Part shown: positions 17,568 to 25,809 of the stretch, piece after piece
Layout of the letters: each line of letters begins with the position of its first letter
Position numbering within the stretch: position 1 is the stretch's first letter
Assembly: GCA_008933735.1 (NCBI GenBank)
Contig: WBUL01000001.1
Span: 90,057-154,056, forward strand
Source of the DNA: Anaerolineae bacterium
GTDB lineage: Bacteria > Chloroflexota > Anaerolineae > Aggregatilineales > J027
DNA length: 64,000 nt
Direction: 5' to 3'
Position numbers and translations under genes: made by a program
Notes under the pieces: model-generated
What the model was told of the DNA's origin: nothing
Seen by the model: only the letters and a program-made list of their open reading frames with translations
Database searches by the model: none

Positions 17568-20132
17568 TTAACCACCAAAAAACGACGCGCAGCTTAAAGC
17601 ACCCGCATCTGACTCGGCGAGGATTGCCTCGACATTAGGCCAGATGTCACTCTGCTGCGCGACCTGAAAATCTTCTAATGAGCCAGCCAGATTACCCTGT
17701 TTGTTTCGCACTTCTGCCCGCAGCAAATACAGCATTGTAAAATCAGGTTCGCGCTCAATACCCTGGGAGTACACCGCTTCTGCCTCTTCATATTCACCGA
17801 GGATGCAGTAAGCCACGCCTTTGAGCATGTACAAATCTGCAATGTCATCTCTGATTGCCAGGGCTTCGTCAGCATTTTCAATGGCAGCTTCGTACTGCCC
17901 CAGCACCATATTGGAAAATGCTGACGTACTCACCGTGAAATAACGATTGTTCGTAGATTCACCCCCTGGCAGCAGACTGGAGAGACGCACTGTCAGCGTC
18001 GGATCGGGAAAATCTGTCAACACCGTATTTAACAGCGCAATTGAATCATTAATACGCCCTTCGCGGATCGCCAGCATGTTTGACGTGATATAGGGAATTG
18101 CTGAATTAGCACCAATCCCAATTGATTGTTCAAGGTCAGCCCTGGCGTTTGTGTAATCGCCCTCCAGGTAATAAAAACTGCCACGTGCCGAATAAGGGAA
18201 CCAATCGTTCGGCTCAATTTCAATGGCCTGGGTATATCGGGCAATGGCGGCCTGAATGTTATCCAGCAGCACCGCATTATTTGCCAGCAGCACATAGGCA
18301 ATCGCCCATTGTTCATTTGTCAAACGCAGCGCCGAGTTAAAATCGCGCTCTGCTTCGGTATAACGCCCGACATTGGCAAGAATATTGCCACGTTGAAGAT
18401 ATAACACCGGGTTGCTCCCATCAATGCGTAATCCTGCGGTCATTTCCTCAATCGCAGTGTCCGGGTCGGTGAAATAAGTGGAAAAATAGCGCACAAAATT
18501 CGCGCTGACCCCGGCACTTACCACTTCAAAATCATTGTTGGCGGCATACTGCTCCACCACCAGCAGGCTGATAGCCGCTTCAAATGCCCGATCCTCAATC
18601 GTGTGAATCAGCACCATGGCAGAGGCAACCGGCATAACAATCGTCTGGCGGCGGGGGTCTTCTATTCGTAAGCGAACTGCAATACTTTCTTCGATCTGGG
18701 AACGGTCAAAAAGAGAGGTCTCGACTACACCGGGGCTGATGTTCAGGTTAATGACTTCGTCATCATAATTACCCCAGACAATCAGATGTGCCCCGTTGGC
18801 CTGGGCCGCTTCGACGGCTTGTTCCTCGGAAGTAATCAGCCCGTTGTAATCACGGATGCGGATTTGGGCAACAGGCGCACCTGTTTCAAGACGATTGGTC
18901 AAATCTTCAAGGATAAACCGTTTAACATCCCGTTCTTCACTTGCCAGGTTTTCCAGGTTTGCCACCAGCACCATATTCTCCCCTGGCGCTACCGGATCAA
19001 CCAGCACAATCGCCGACGTGGGGGCAGCCTCTGGAGCTTTCGATTGATCCTCCCCCCCTGTACCACCCAGCAGCGCCAATACTCCAGCGGCGATAACCAA
19101 CACAGCGATTCCAGCCCCTATTCCTATCCAGCGTCTTGATTTCGCTGGTGATGAAGGAAGTACAGCACTCGGCGAGGACTGCGGCACAATATTTTGTGAT
19201 GAGCCAGGCGTGATTGTTGCGCCCTCCATAAATGGCGAAGGCGAAGGGGTCGGAGTCCTGAAACGTCCCGGATCACCTGGCGGCACACTGCCACGAATCC
19301 CACTGCTCAACATCTCCAGGATGGCTTCCAGCTCTGCCCCAACGAGCCGCACGCTGGAAATGCGTTTTTCTTTATCTTTTTCCAGCATTCGCAGAATGAG
19401 TGAGATCAACTGTGGCGGCGTATCGGGCCGAAATTCCAGAATATCCGGTACGGGCTTGGTCATGATGTCCAGCAGCACAGCCGTTTGTGTGTCCGCCTCA
19501 AAAGGCCGCCGCCCTGCCAGCATTTCATATAACACCACGCCAAACGACCAGATATCGGTACGGGCATCCACACGTTTCCCTTCGCACGCTTCCGGGCTGA
19601 GATAGGAATACGTGCCGACGACGGCTCCGGTTTTAGTGATTGTACCCAGCGTGGTTTTACCGATTCGCGCCACGCCAAAATCAGTCAGTCGCGGAACACC
19701 ATCTTTGGTCAACAGAATATTTGCTGGTTTAATATCCCTGTGAATAATCTTCAAACGATGGGCACGAGTTAGCGCGTCTGCCAGATCAAGCCCGATCTGC
19801 AAAATCCGCTCTATCGGAAGTTGGGGCGACTTCCGCAGCAGATCAAGAAGTGATCCCCCTTCGACATATTCGAGAACCAGATAATACTCTTCATTTTCCT
19901 GAACAGTCGAAATCATTTTGACGATGTTGGGGTGGTTTAGCTGACGCAGCGCCTCGCCCTCCCTTTCAAAACGTTCCATCAGCTCCGGGTCTTCCATCAT
20001 GACTTCTTTTTTGATGGTCTTGATTGCCACATCCTGTTCCAGTTGAAGATCGTGACCATGATAAACCAGACCCATTCCGCCCTGACCAATAACTTCACCT
20101 AACTCAAACCGTCCCGCAATAATCTCACCCAT
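17568..20132 (-). CDS. Ser/Thr protein kinase - TM - conserved ectodomain - TPR repeats (854 aa from the chosen start)
   Basis: The architecture matches 14990..17554. I chose the ATG at 20132 (MGEIIAGRFELGEVIGQGGMG). The 40-codon upstream extension in the ORF track overlaps the 3' end of the upstream kinase. Confidence 0.85.
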   Translation of the reverse strand: MGEIIAGRFELGEVIGQGGMGLVYHGHDLQLEQDVAIKTIKKEVMMEDPELMERFEREGEALRQLNHPNIVKMISTVQENEEYYLVLEYVEGGSLLDLLRKSPQLPIERILQIGLDLADALTRAHRLKIIHRDIKPANILLTKDGVPRLTDFGVARIGKTTLGTITKTGAVVGTYSYLSPEACEGKRVDARTDIWSFGVVLYEMLAGRRPFEADTQTAVLLDIMTKPVPDILEFRPDTPPQLISLILRMLEKDKEKRISSVRLVGAELEAILEMLSSGIRGSVPPGDPGRFRTPTPSPSPFMEGATITPGSSQNIVPQSSPSAVLPSSPAKSRRWIGIGAGIAVLVIAAGVLALLGGTGGEDQSKAPEAAPTSAIVLVDPVAPGENMVLVANLENLASEERDVKRFILEDLTNRLETGAPVAQIRIRDYNGLITSEEQAVEAAQANGAHLIVWGNYDDEVINLNISPGVVETSLFDRSQIEESIAVRLRIEDPRRQTIVMPVASAMVLIHTIEDRAFEAAISLLVVEQYAANNDFEVVSAGVSANFVRYFSTYFTDPDTAIEEMTAGLRIDGSNPVLYLQRGNILANVGRYTEAERDFNSALRLTNEQWAIAYVLLANNAVLLDNIQAAIARYTQAIEIEPNDWFPYSARGSFYYLEGDYTNARADLEQSIGIGANSAIPYITSNMLAIREGRINDSIALLNTVLTDFPDPTLTVRLSSLLPGGESTNNRYFTVSTSAFSNMVLGQYEAAIENADEALAIRDDIADLYMLKGVAYCILGEYEEAEAVYSQGIEREPDFTMLYLLRAEVRNKQGNLAGSLEDFQVAQQSDIWPNVEAILAESDAGALSCASFFGG

Positions 20133-20149
20133 CACCACCAGACTTCCTT

Positions 20150-21199
20150 CTAAAAAGTAACCGTCTCCAAAATCGCCGCATCCGTATATGCAAGGATGGC
20201 AACTAATACCACAGACAGCGTCAATAATAGCAGTACAAATATAATCATACATCCAATCCGCCGCTTGAAATTCAGAACTGCCTTTTCCTCTTCGGTAATT
20301 TTTCTACGAGAAAATGTTTCTGGTGGCGGTTGAAACCGGGAAAAAGCGACCGCAGGCAGCGACTGCCGAATACTGGTATCCAATCCCTGGATAATTGCCT
20401 CCAGTTCTGCGCCTACCAGCCGCACACTGGAAATCCGTCTTTCGCGGTTTTTTTCCAGCATGTCGTAAATCAAACTGACCAACTGCGGTGGAGCATCCGG
20501 GCGCAGTTTTTTTAAATCGGGGATGGGTTTGTTCAGGATAGAGACAAGGATAGCGACCTGCTGCTCTTCCTCAAAAGGCCGCCGCCCTGCCAGCATTTCA
20601 TATAACACCACGCCAAACGACCAGATATCAGAGCGCGTATCAGCGATTTCCCCGGTGAGCACTTCTGGACTCAGATAGGCGGATGTCCCGATCAGATCGT
20701 TCGTGCGGGTAATCACCCCACTATCGACCATACGGGCCACACCAAAATCGGTCAGGCAGGGAGTGCCATCATTTTTCAAGAGGATATTCGAAGGCTTGAT
20801 GTCCCGGTGGACAATTCTCAGGCGGTGAGCACGAGTCAGGGCGTCTGCTACATCCAGCCCAATTTGCAGTATCCGGTCAATCGGCATTTGTGGGTGTTTC
20901 CCCAACAAATCCTTCAGCGACCCACCTTCAATATAATCCATCACTAAGTAATGCTCATCCCCCATGTCAAAGTTTGCGATAACTTTGGCAATATTGGGGT
21001 GATTCAACTGGCGAAGCATTTCAGCTTCTTGCAAAAAGCGTGTCAACAGCGTGGGATCATCCAGAAGGGCGTCATTTTTGAGAATCTTGATAGCGACCAT
21101 ATGCCCGGTCGCCATATCCACCCCACGATAAACGTTGCCGTTGCCGCCGCGTCCAATGAGCCGCTCAATGCGGAATCGATCTGCGATTAGTTCGTTCAT
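20150..21199 (-). CDS. Ser/Thr protein kinase with a single C-terminal TM anchor (349 aa)
   Basis: It has the Hanks motifs GRGGNGNVY, VAIK, HRDIKPSNILL and DFG. The C-terminus is hydrophobic (CMIIFVLLLLTLSVVLVAILAY). Confidence 0.9.
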   Translation of the reverse strand: MNELIADRFRIERLIGRGGNGNVYRGVDMATGHMVAIKILKNDALLDDPTLLTRFLQEAEMLRQLNHPNIAKVIANFDMGDEHYLVMDYIEGGSLKDLLGKHPQMPIDRILQIGLDVADALTRAHRLRIVHRDIKPSNILLKNDGTPCLTDFGVARMVDSGVITRTNDLIGTSAYLSPEVLTGEIADTRSDIWSFGVVLYEMLAGRRPFEEEQQVAILVSILNKPIPDLKKLRPDAPPQLVSLIYDMLEKNRERRISSVRLVGAELEAIIQGLDTSIRQSLPAVAFSRFQPPPETFSRRKITEEEKAVLNFKRRIGCMIIFVLLLLTLSVVLVAILAYTDAAILETVTF

Positions 21200-21284
21200 C
21201 GGTTATACGCCAGATTTCAAATTTCTATTATAGTAGTCGTAAGGATTAATGCTACCAGAGGAACTGAGTTAGGATAATACAGCT

Positions 21285-21524
21285 ATGCCAGTACCATCCT
21301 GTGCAATATGCAGCGATTTAAATGCGACCCCTTCCCAGGCAGATTTAGACAGTGGGGATTACTGTCCTGTGTGTCACCGCCCCACGTGCCACCGCCACCT
21401 GACAACGGTGCGCTTTAAATGGCGTGAAACAGGTCAGGTGGACAGCGCGAAAATCTGTCGGAACTGCAAAACGACGTACCAGCACCGCTATTGGGACAGT
21501 GCCCGTCGTGATTGGATTAGTTAA
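21285..21524 (+). CDS. Small Cys-rich zinc-ribbon-like protein (79 aa)
   Basis: It carries three CxxC pairs (CAIC, CPVC, CRNC) plus an extra Cys and His. Confidence 0.45.
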   Translation: MPVPSCAICSDLNATPSQADLDSGDYCPVCHRPTCHRHLTTVRFKWRETGQVDSAKICRNCKTTYQHRYWDSARRDWIS

Positions 21525-21805
21525 CCGCGTTTGGGTAAATCCTCTACAATGGCTTCTACATAAACAGGGGTTACGCGCACCAGATTCGAATCGGCGACCG
21601 GTTTTTGTTCGGCCTGTTCCACCAGAGTGATTTTGATACCTTCGTTAGGCAGTTCATAGGCTGTATGCCAGCGCTGTGTGCCAAACGCATTGCGGAAGTA
21701 TTTGAGATTTGCTTGGGGGTCAAGTTTACGGATTTCGGAGCGGGCCCGTTGAAATTTCATGCCGGCAAGATGTTCCGCGAGTTTCAGGCGTTCCTGTTCG
21801 TTCAT
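21521..21805 (-). CDS. Hypothetical protein (94 aa from the chosen start)
   Basis: I chose the ATG at 21805 because GAGG sits 6 nt upstream. The track ORF extends to 21841. No motifs are recognised. Confidence 0.4.
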   Translation of the reverse strand: MNEQERLKLAEHLAGMKFQRARSEIRKLDPQANLKYFRNAFGTQRWHTAYELPNEGIKITLVEQAEQKPVADSNLVRVTPVYVEAIVEDLPKRG

Positions 21806-21882
21806 GTACATCCTCGTTTTTGGTATTAAGTGGTCAGGCAAACACGTTGAATTGTAGCATATCCTGACCTACAATTCCTGCT

Positions 21883-23124
21883 ATGTCTGAACAGCTATCT
21901 CTTTTTAATCCCGAAGAACAACGTCCTCAAACAGTCAGCGAAGTGACACGCTACATTCGCCAGCTTTTTGAGCGTGATCTAAAAATGCAGGCTGTCTGGA
22001 TTGAAGGCGAAGTCAGCAATTATAAACGCGCCGCCTCTGGTCATCTTTATTTCAGTCTGAAGGACGAAGATGCACAGCTCAAATGTGTCATGTGGCGTAC
22101 CACAGCGGTGCGCCTGGTGTTTGAACCTGCACACGGCGACCGGGTCATCGTCTGGGGCAGCATCAATGTCTATGAACCCCAGGGGGTTTATCAGATGTAT
22201 GTGGAGGTCATGCAGCCCGCAGGAATTGGCGATTTAAACCGCCAGTTTGAACTACTGAAATCCAAACTGGCGGCCGATGGGTTGTTTGACGAGGAAAAGA
22301 AAAAACCCATCCCCGCTTTCCCGCGCAAAATCGGGATTGTCACTTCCCCAGACGCCGCAGGATTCCGGGATGTCCTCAATATTCTGAGCCGCCGTTACCC
22401 GGTCGCTGAAATTATTCTCAGCCCAACCCAGGTGCAGGGCGATACCGCTCCGCCGTTGATCGTTCGTGCCATCGAAAATCTGAATCAGCGCAGCGATATT
22501 GATGTGATGCTGATTGTGCGCGGCGGTGGCAGTTTAGAGGACTTATGGTGTTTTAACGATGAGCGTGTGGTCAGGGCGGTTGCCGCCTCCAAAATCCCGA
22601 CCGTCACTGGCGTAGGACACGAAATTGATTTTACCCTGGTGGATTTTGCCGCTGATGTTCGCGCCCCAACTCCATCCGCTGCCGCCGAAATCGCCACTCC
22701 CAATAGCGAAGACATTCTCTATGATGTGCGGGATTATCAAAAACGCATGGCAAGCGCGGTTGATACGCTGCTGGAAGGTTGCCGTGACACCCTGGAAGGT
22801 CAAAAACGCACGCTGCGCCTGCTGTCGCCCCAGAACCAGATTAACCGTCTGCGCCAGCAAATGGACGACCTTTCAACCCGTTCCGCGAATGCAGCCAGGG
22901 TTTTAACGCGGCAGCAGCGACAGGAGCTCGCCGCACTGCAAAAACGGCTGGAAGCTGCCAACCCGGAAAACATTCTCAAACGTGGTTATGCGATTGTCAC
23001 CCGCGCAGGCGATGGCCTGAGAATGAACAGTGTGCAGCAGGCCGCGCCAGGGACAGGCATCGTTGTTAAGTTACAGGATGGGAACCTCAACGCCGTCGTG
23101 AAAGAGAGAAAAACTGATGAGTGA
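21883..23124 (+). CDS. xseA: Exodeoxyribonuclease VII large subunit
   Basis: An N-terminal OB fold (VSEVTRYIRQLFE...VWIEGEVSNYKRAASGHLYFSLKD) is followed by a catalytic core (IGIVTSPDAAGFRDV, RGGGSLEDLW.FNDE). It is followed by xseB. Confidence 0.9.
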   Translation: MSEQLSLFNPEEQRPQTVSEVTRYIRQLFERDLKMQAVWIEGEVSNYKRAASGHLYFSLKDEDAQLKCVMWRTTAVRLVFEPAHGDRVIVWGSINVYEPQGVYQMYVEVMQPAGIGDLNRQFELLKSKLAADGLFDEEKKKPIPAFPRKIGIVTSPDAAGFRDVLNILSRRYPVAEIILSPTQVQGDTAPPLIVRAIENLNQRSDIDVMLIVRGGGSLEDLWCFNDERVVRAVAASKIPTVTGVGHEIDFTLVDFAADVRAPTPSAAAEIATPNSEDILYDVRDYQKRMASAVDTLLEGCRDTLEGQKRTLRLLSPQNQINRLRQQMDDLSTRSANAARVLTRQQRQELAALQKRLEAANPENILKRGYAIVTRAGDGLRMNSVQQAAPGTGIVVKLQDGNLNAVVKERKTDE

Positions 23125-23329
23125 GAATTTTTCCCTGGAAGAAGCGCTGAAACAGCTAGAGGAAATCGTTTACCAGCTCGAAAGCGGAAATGTGCGTCTG
23201 GATGAAGCAGTTGCCCTGTTTGAAAAAGGGCAGCAGTTGGTTCAGCAGTGCGAAAATGATCTGGATGCCAAGGAGCTTCGCATTCAGCAACTTGTGTCTG
23301 GTGACAGACTGGCTCCCTTCACCCCCTGA
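23117..23329 (+). CDS. xseB: Exodeoxyribonuclease VII small subunit
   Basis: It is 70 aa, with LEEALKQLEEIV.QLESGNVRLDEAVALFEKGQQL typical of XseB. It overlaps the xseA stop by 8 nt. Confidence 0.85.
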   Translation: MSENFSLEEALKQLEEIVYQLESGNVRLDEAVALFEKGQQLVQQCENDLDAKELRIQQLVSGDRLAPFTP

Positions 23330-23362
23330 ATTTTGTTATGATTTTCCTCCTGGTGAGAGAAG

Positions 23363-24574
23363 ATGGTTATTACTGGAAGCTGGCAGGGGCGCCCTATTAC
23401 CATCAGCGTCAAACGCAACTGCCTGACGGTCAGCATTGACGATCCGTCCAGAGCAGATGTCCTTAGCTACGATCTGGCGGGACGCCTGTGGACGGCTTTT
23501 CTGGATGGAATCGCCTACCGGCGTGGCTTGGATGGCAGGATGCTGGCACGCTGGCGTGATCCTGGTCAGGAACGTTCTCGCGTATGGCTCACGCCAGACG
23601 AAGCCTTAAATATTGAATCCCGCGCGTACCACAATATAGAGACGTTGTATCAGGCAGTTCAATCCGGGGATGCTAACCTTAACCTAGCCCTCCCCGATGA
23701 AGGTCATATCGCGTTTCAGCGCGTGATCGCGTTTGACGAAAAGCGTTCCTTAGCCGATGCCCAACGCTACTATGAAATCTATCAACCGATTGGCATCCTG
23801 CCGCCTGACCAGTACATGGCCGTCGTTTTACAGGCAACCGAAGGCTGCTCATTTAATACCTGCACCTTCTGTTCCTTTTACAAAAACCGCCCTTTCCGCA
23901 TCAAACCACCAGGGGAGTTTCGTCAGCACGCGCAGGCGGTCAAAGATTTCCTGGGAGAGGGGCTGAGTCTGCGCCGCACCATCTTTCTTGGTGATGCCAA
24001 TGCACTGGTGGTTCCAATGCCCAGACTGCTGCCCCTTATCGAGACCGTGCACGAGATTTATGATGTTGAATCCCTGGGTGGGGTTTATGCGTTTTTAGAT
24101 GGTTTTAGCGGCGAGAAAAAATCTGCTCAGGATTATGCAGAACTTAACAAACGGGGCCTGAAGCGGATCTACATCGGACTGGAAAGCGGCAGTATGGAAC
24201 TGCTGAGGTTCCTCAAAAAACCGGGGATGCCCGACGACGCGGTTCAGGCTGTCAATGCCATGAAAGCGGGCGGCGTTGCTGTCGGGGTTATTGTGCTACT
24301 CGGAGTAGGCGGGCATCAATTTGCGGAAGAGCACATTCAGGAAACAATCCGCGTGCTGAACGCCATGCACTTAGATGATGACGACATTCTCTATTTTTCC
24401 AACCTGATAGTCAGCGAGGATATGCCATACGCCCGTGACGCGATGCAGGCAGGACTAAAATCACTCACACAGGAGGAATGCGCTGCCCAGGGGGAAGCAA
24501 TCGAACAAGCATTATTACTGGAATACGGAATACCCAAAATCAGCCGCTACGACATTCGAGAATTTGTCTACTGA
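23363..24574 (+). CDS. Radical SAM-like protein with an N-terminal domain of unknown function
   Basis: It has a Cys cluster (EGCSFNTCTFCSFY) with variant spacing, and TIM-barrel-like downstream motifs (IFLGDANAL, IYIGLESGS). The specific function is unknown. Confidence 0.6.
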   Translation: MVITGSWQGRPITISVKRNCLTVSIDDPSRADVLSYDLAGRLWTAFLDGIAYRRGLDGRMLARWRDPGQERSRVWLTPDEALNIESRAYHNIETLYQAVQSGDANLNLALPDEGHIAFQRVIAFDEKRSLADAQRYYEIYQPIGILPPDQYMAVVLQATEGCSFNTCTFCSFYKNRPFRIKPPGEFRQHAQAVKDFLGEGLSLRRTIFLGDANALVVPMPRLLPLIETVHEIYDVESLGGVYAFLDGFSGEKKSAQDYAELNKRGLKRIYIGLESGSMELLRFLKKPGMPDDAVQAVNAMKAGGVAVGVIVLLGVGGHQFAEEHIQETIRVLNAMHLDDDDILYFSNLIVSEDMPYARDAMQAGLKSLTQEECAAQGEAIEQALLLEYGIPKISRYDIREFVY

Positions 24575-24582
24575 GGAAACCT

Positions 24583-25653
24583 ATGTCCGACTATGGAATT
24601 AAAGAGCTCCGTGCTCAAATTGATGTCATCAACCTGCAAATACTGGAACTGCTGAATAAACGCGCCCGCATTGCTTCAGAAATTGGGCACCTTCAGGCGA
24701 AGCTCGGCACGCAGTTCTACGACCCGCAGCGCGAAGCCGAAATGCTTCAAGCGCTGGAACAGGCCAACAATGGCCCGTTCAGTAATGAAACCATCAAGGC
24801 CCTGTTCAAAGAAATTTTCCGTGCCTCCCTGGCGTTAGAAGAACGAGAAGCCCGTGCCAAAATCCTTGTCCAGCGTAAACATGCGGAGGAAAAAACCGTC
24901 ATCATGCTGCCGGATGGCACGGAAATCGGCAACGACCATTTCACTGTTATTTCCGGGCCATGCGCGGTAGAAAGTCTGGAGCAGATGGATGAAACCGCCG
25001 CCGCCATCTCCAGCCGGGGCGTAAAAATTCTACGCGGCATGGCATATAAACCCCGCACGTCGCCCTACGATTTTCAGGGGTTGGGAGAAGCGGGGCTGCA
25101 AATCGCCCGTCAGGTTGCCAACAAATATGATATGCTGGTCACCACCGAGATCATGGACAGAAGCCAGATACCGACCCTGTCTGAGTATGTAGATATTTTC
25201 TGGGTGGGGGCACGGAACATGCAGAACAGCTTTTTGCTGAAAGCGCTTGGTCAAATCCGCCAGCCTGTGATTCTTAAACGCAGCTTTGGGGCAACCCTGC
25301 AAGAACTCCTTTATGCAGCCGAATACATTGTCGCCAGTGGCAATCCCAACGTGATTTTGATGGAACGTGGCATCCGCACTTTTGAACCCTGGACACGCAA
25401 CACGCTTGACATTAGCGCGATTCCCCTGCTCAAACAGGAAACTCACCTGCCCGTGATCGTGGATATTTCGCACTCGGCAGGGCGGCGCGATATTGCGGTC
25501 CCATTAGCCAAAATTGTGCGGGCGAGCGGTGCGGACGGACTGATGGTGGAAGTGCATCCCAATCCCCCCGTCGCCATGAGCGACGCCAAACAGCAGTTAA
25601 GCATTCCAGAATTTCATACCCTGATGGACGCGATTGAAAAAGTTACGGTATAA
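24583..25653 (+). CDS. aroA: Bifunctional chorismate mutase / 3-deoxy-7-phosphoheptulonate (DAHP) synthase, type I-beta (Bacillus AroA(G)-like)
   Basis: An N-terminal AroQ-type chorismate mutase helix ([27 protein letters not shown]) precedes a KDOPS-like DAHPS core ([47 protein letters not shown]). I chose the ATG at 24583, just after the stop of the upstream gene, over the track start at 24478. Confidence 0.85.
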   Translation: MSDYGIKELRAQIDVINLQILELLNKRARIASEIGHLQAKLGTQFYDPQREAEMLQALEQANNGPFSNETIKALFKEIFRASLALEEREARAKILVQRKHAEEKTVIMLPDGTEIGNDHFTVISGPCAVESLEQMDETAAAISSRGVKILRGMAYKPRTSPYDFQGLGEAGLQIARQVANKYDMLVTTEIMDRSQIPTLSEYVDIFWVGARNMQNSFLLKALGQIRQPVILKRSFGATLQELLYAAEYIVASGNPNVILMERGIRTFEPWTRNTLDISAIPLLKQETHLPVIVDISHSAGRRDIAVPLAKIVRASGADGLMVEVHPNPPVAMSDAKQQLSIPEFHTLMDAIEKVTV

Positions 25654-25761
25654 TCAGAAATATGATGACCTTATCCACCATGTCTGCCAAGATCCCATCG
25701 CGTCTCTTTATCGAGTCCGGTGGCTTTGTGCTGCACAGGTGATGAACCGCTAACCTATTCT

Positions 25762-25791
25762 AAAACCCCGGACTCAGGTTCGGGGTTTTTC
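25762..25791 (+). terminator. Intrinsic terminator hairpin between aroA(G) and proS
   Basis: The sequence aaaaccccg-gactcaggtt-cggggttttt has a G/C stem flanked by an A-run and a U-run. It ends 19 nt upstream of the proS ATG. Confidence 0.55.
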
Positions 25792-25809
25792 ATTTTAAGG
25801 AGCTTACCA

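Noticed and set aside
20133-20252. Cys-rich 40-codon N-terminal extension of the second kinase ORF (MYDYICTAIIDAVCGISCHPCIYGCG...).
   Set aside because: It overlaps the 3' end of the upstream kinase gene. The canonical kinase N-terminus begins at the internal ATG at 20132, leaving a normal 17-nt intergenic gap.
24478-24582. Upstream extension of the DAHP synthase ORF, and likewise 25720..25809 for proS.
   Set aside because: The extensions overlap the preceding gene or run through a terminator hairpin. The conserved protein N-termini begin at the internal ATGs at 24583 and 25810.
25654-25809. T-box riboswitch upstream of proS.
   Set aside because: Only a GGTGG fragment of the conserved T-box sequence is present, and the ~155-nt leader is too short for Stem I plus an antiterminator. 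I kept it only as a low-interest hairpin observation.
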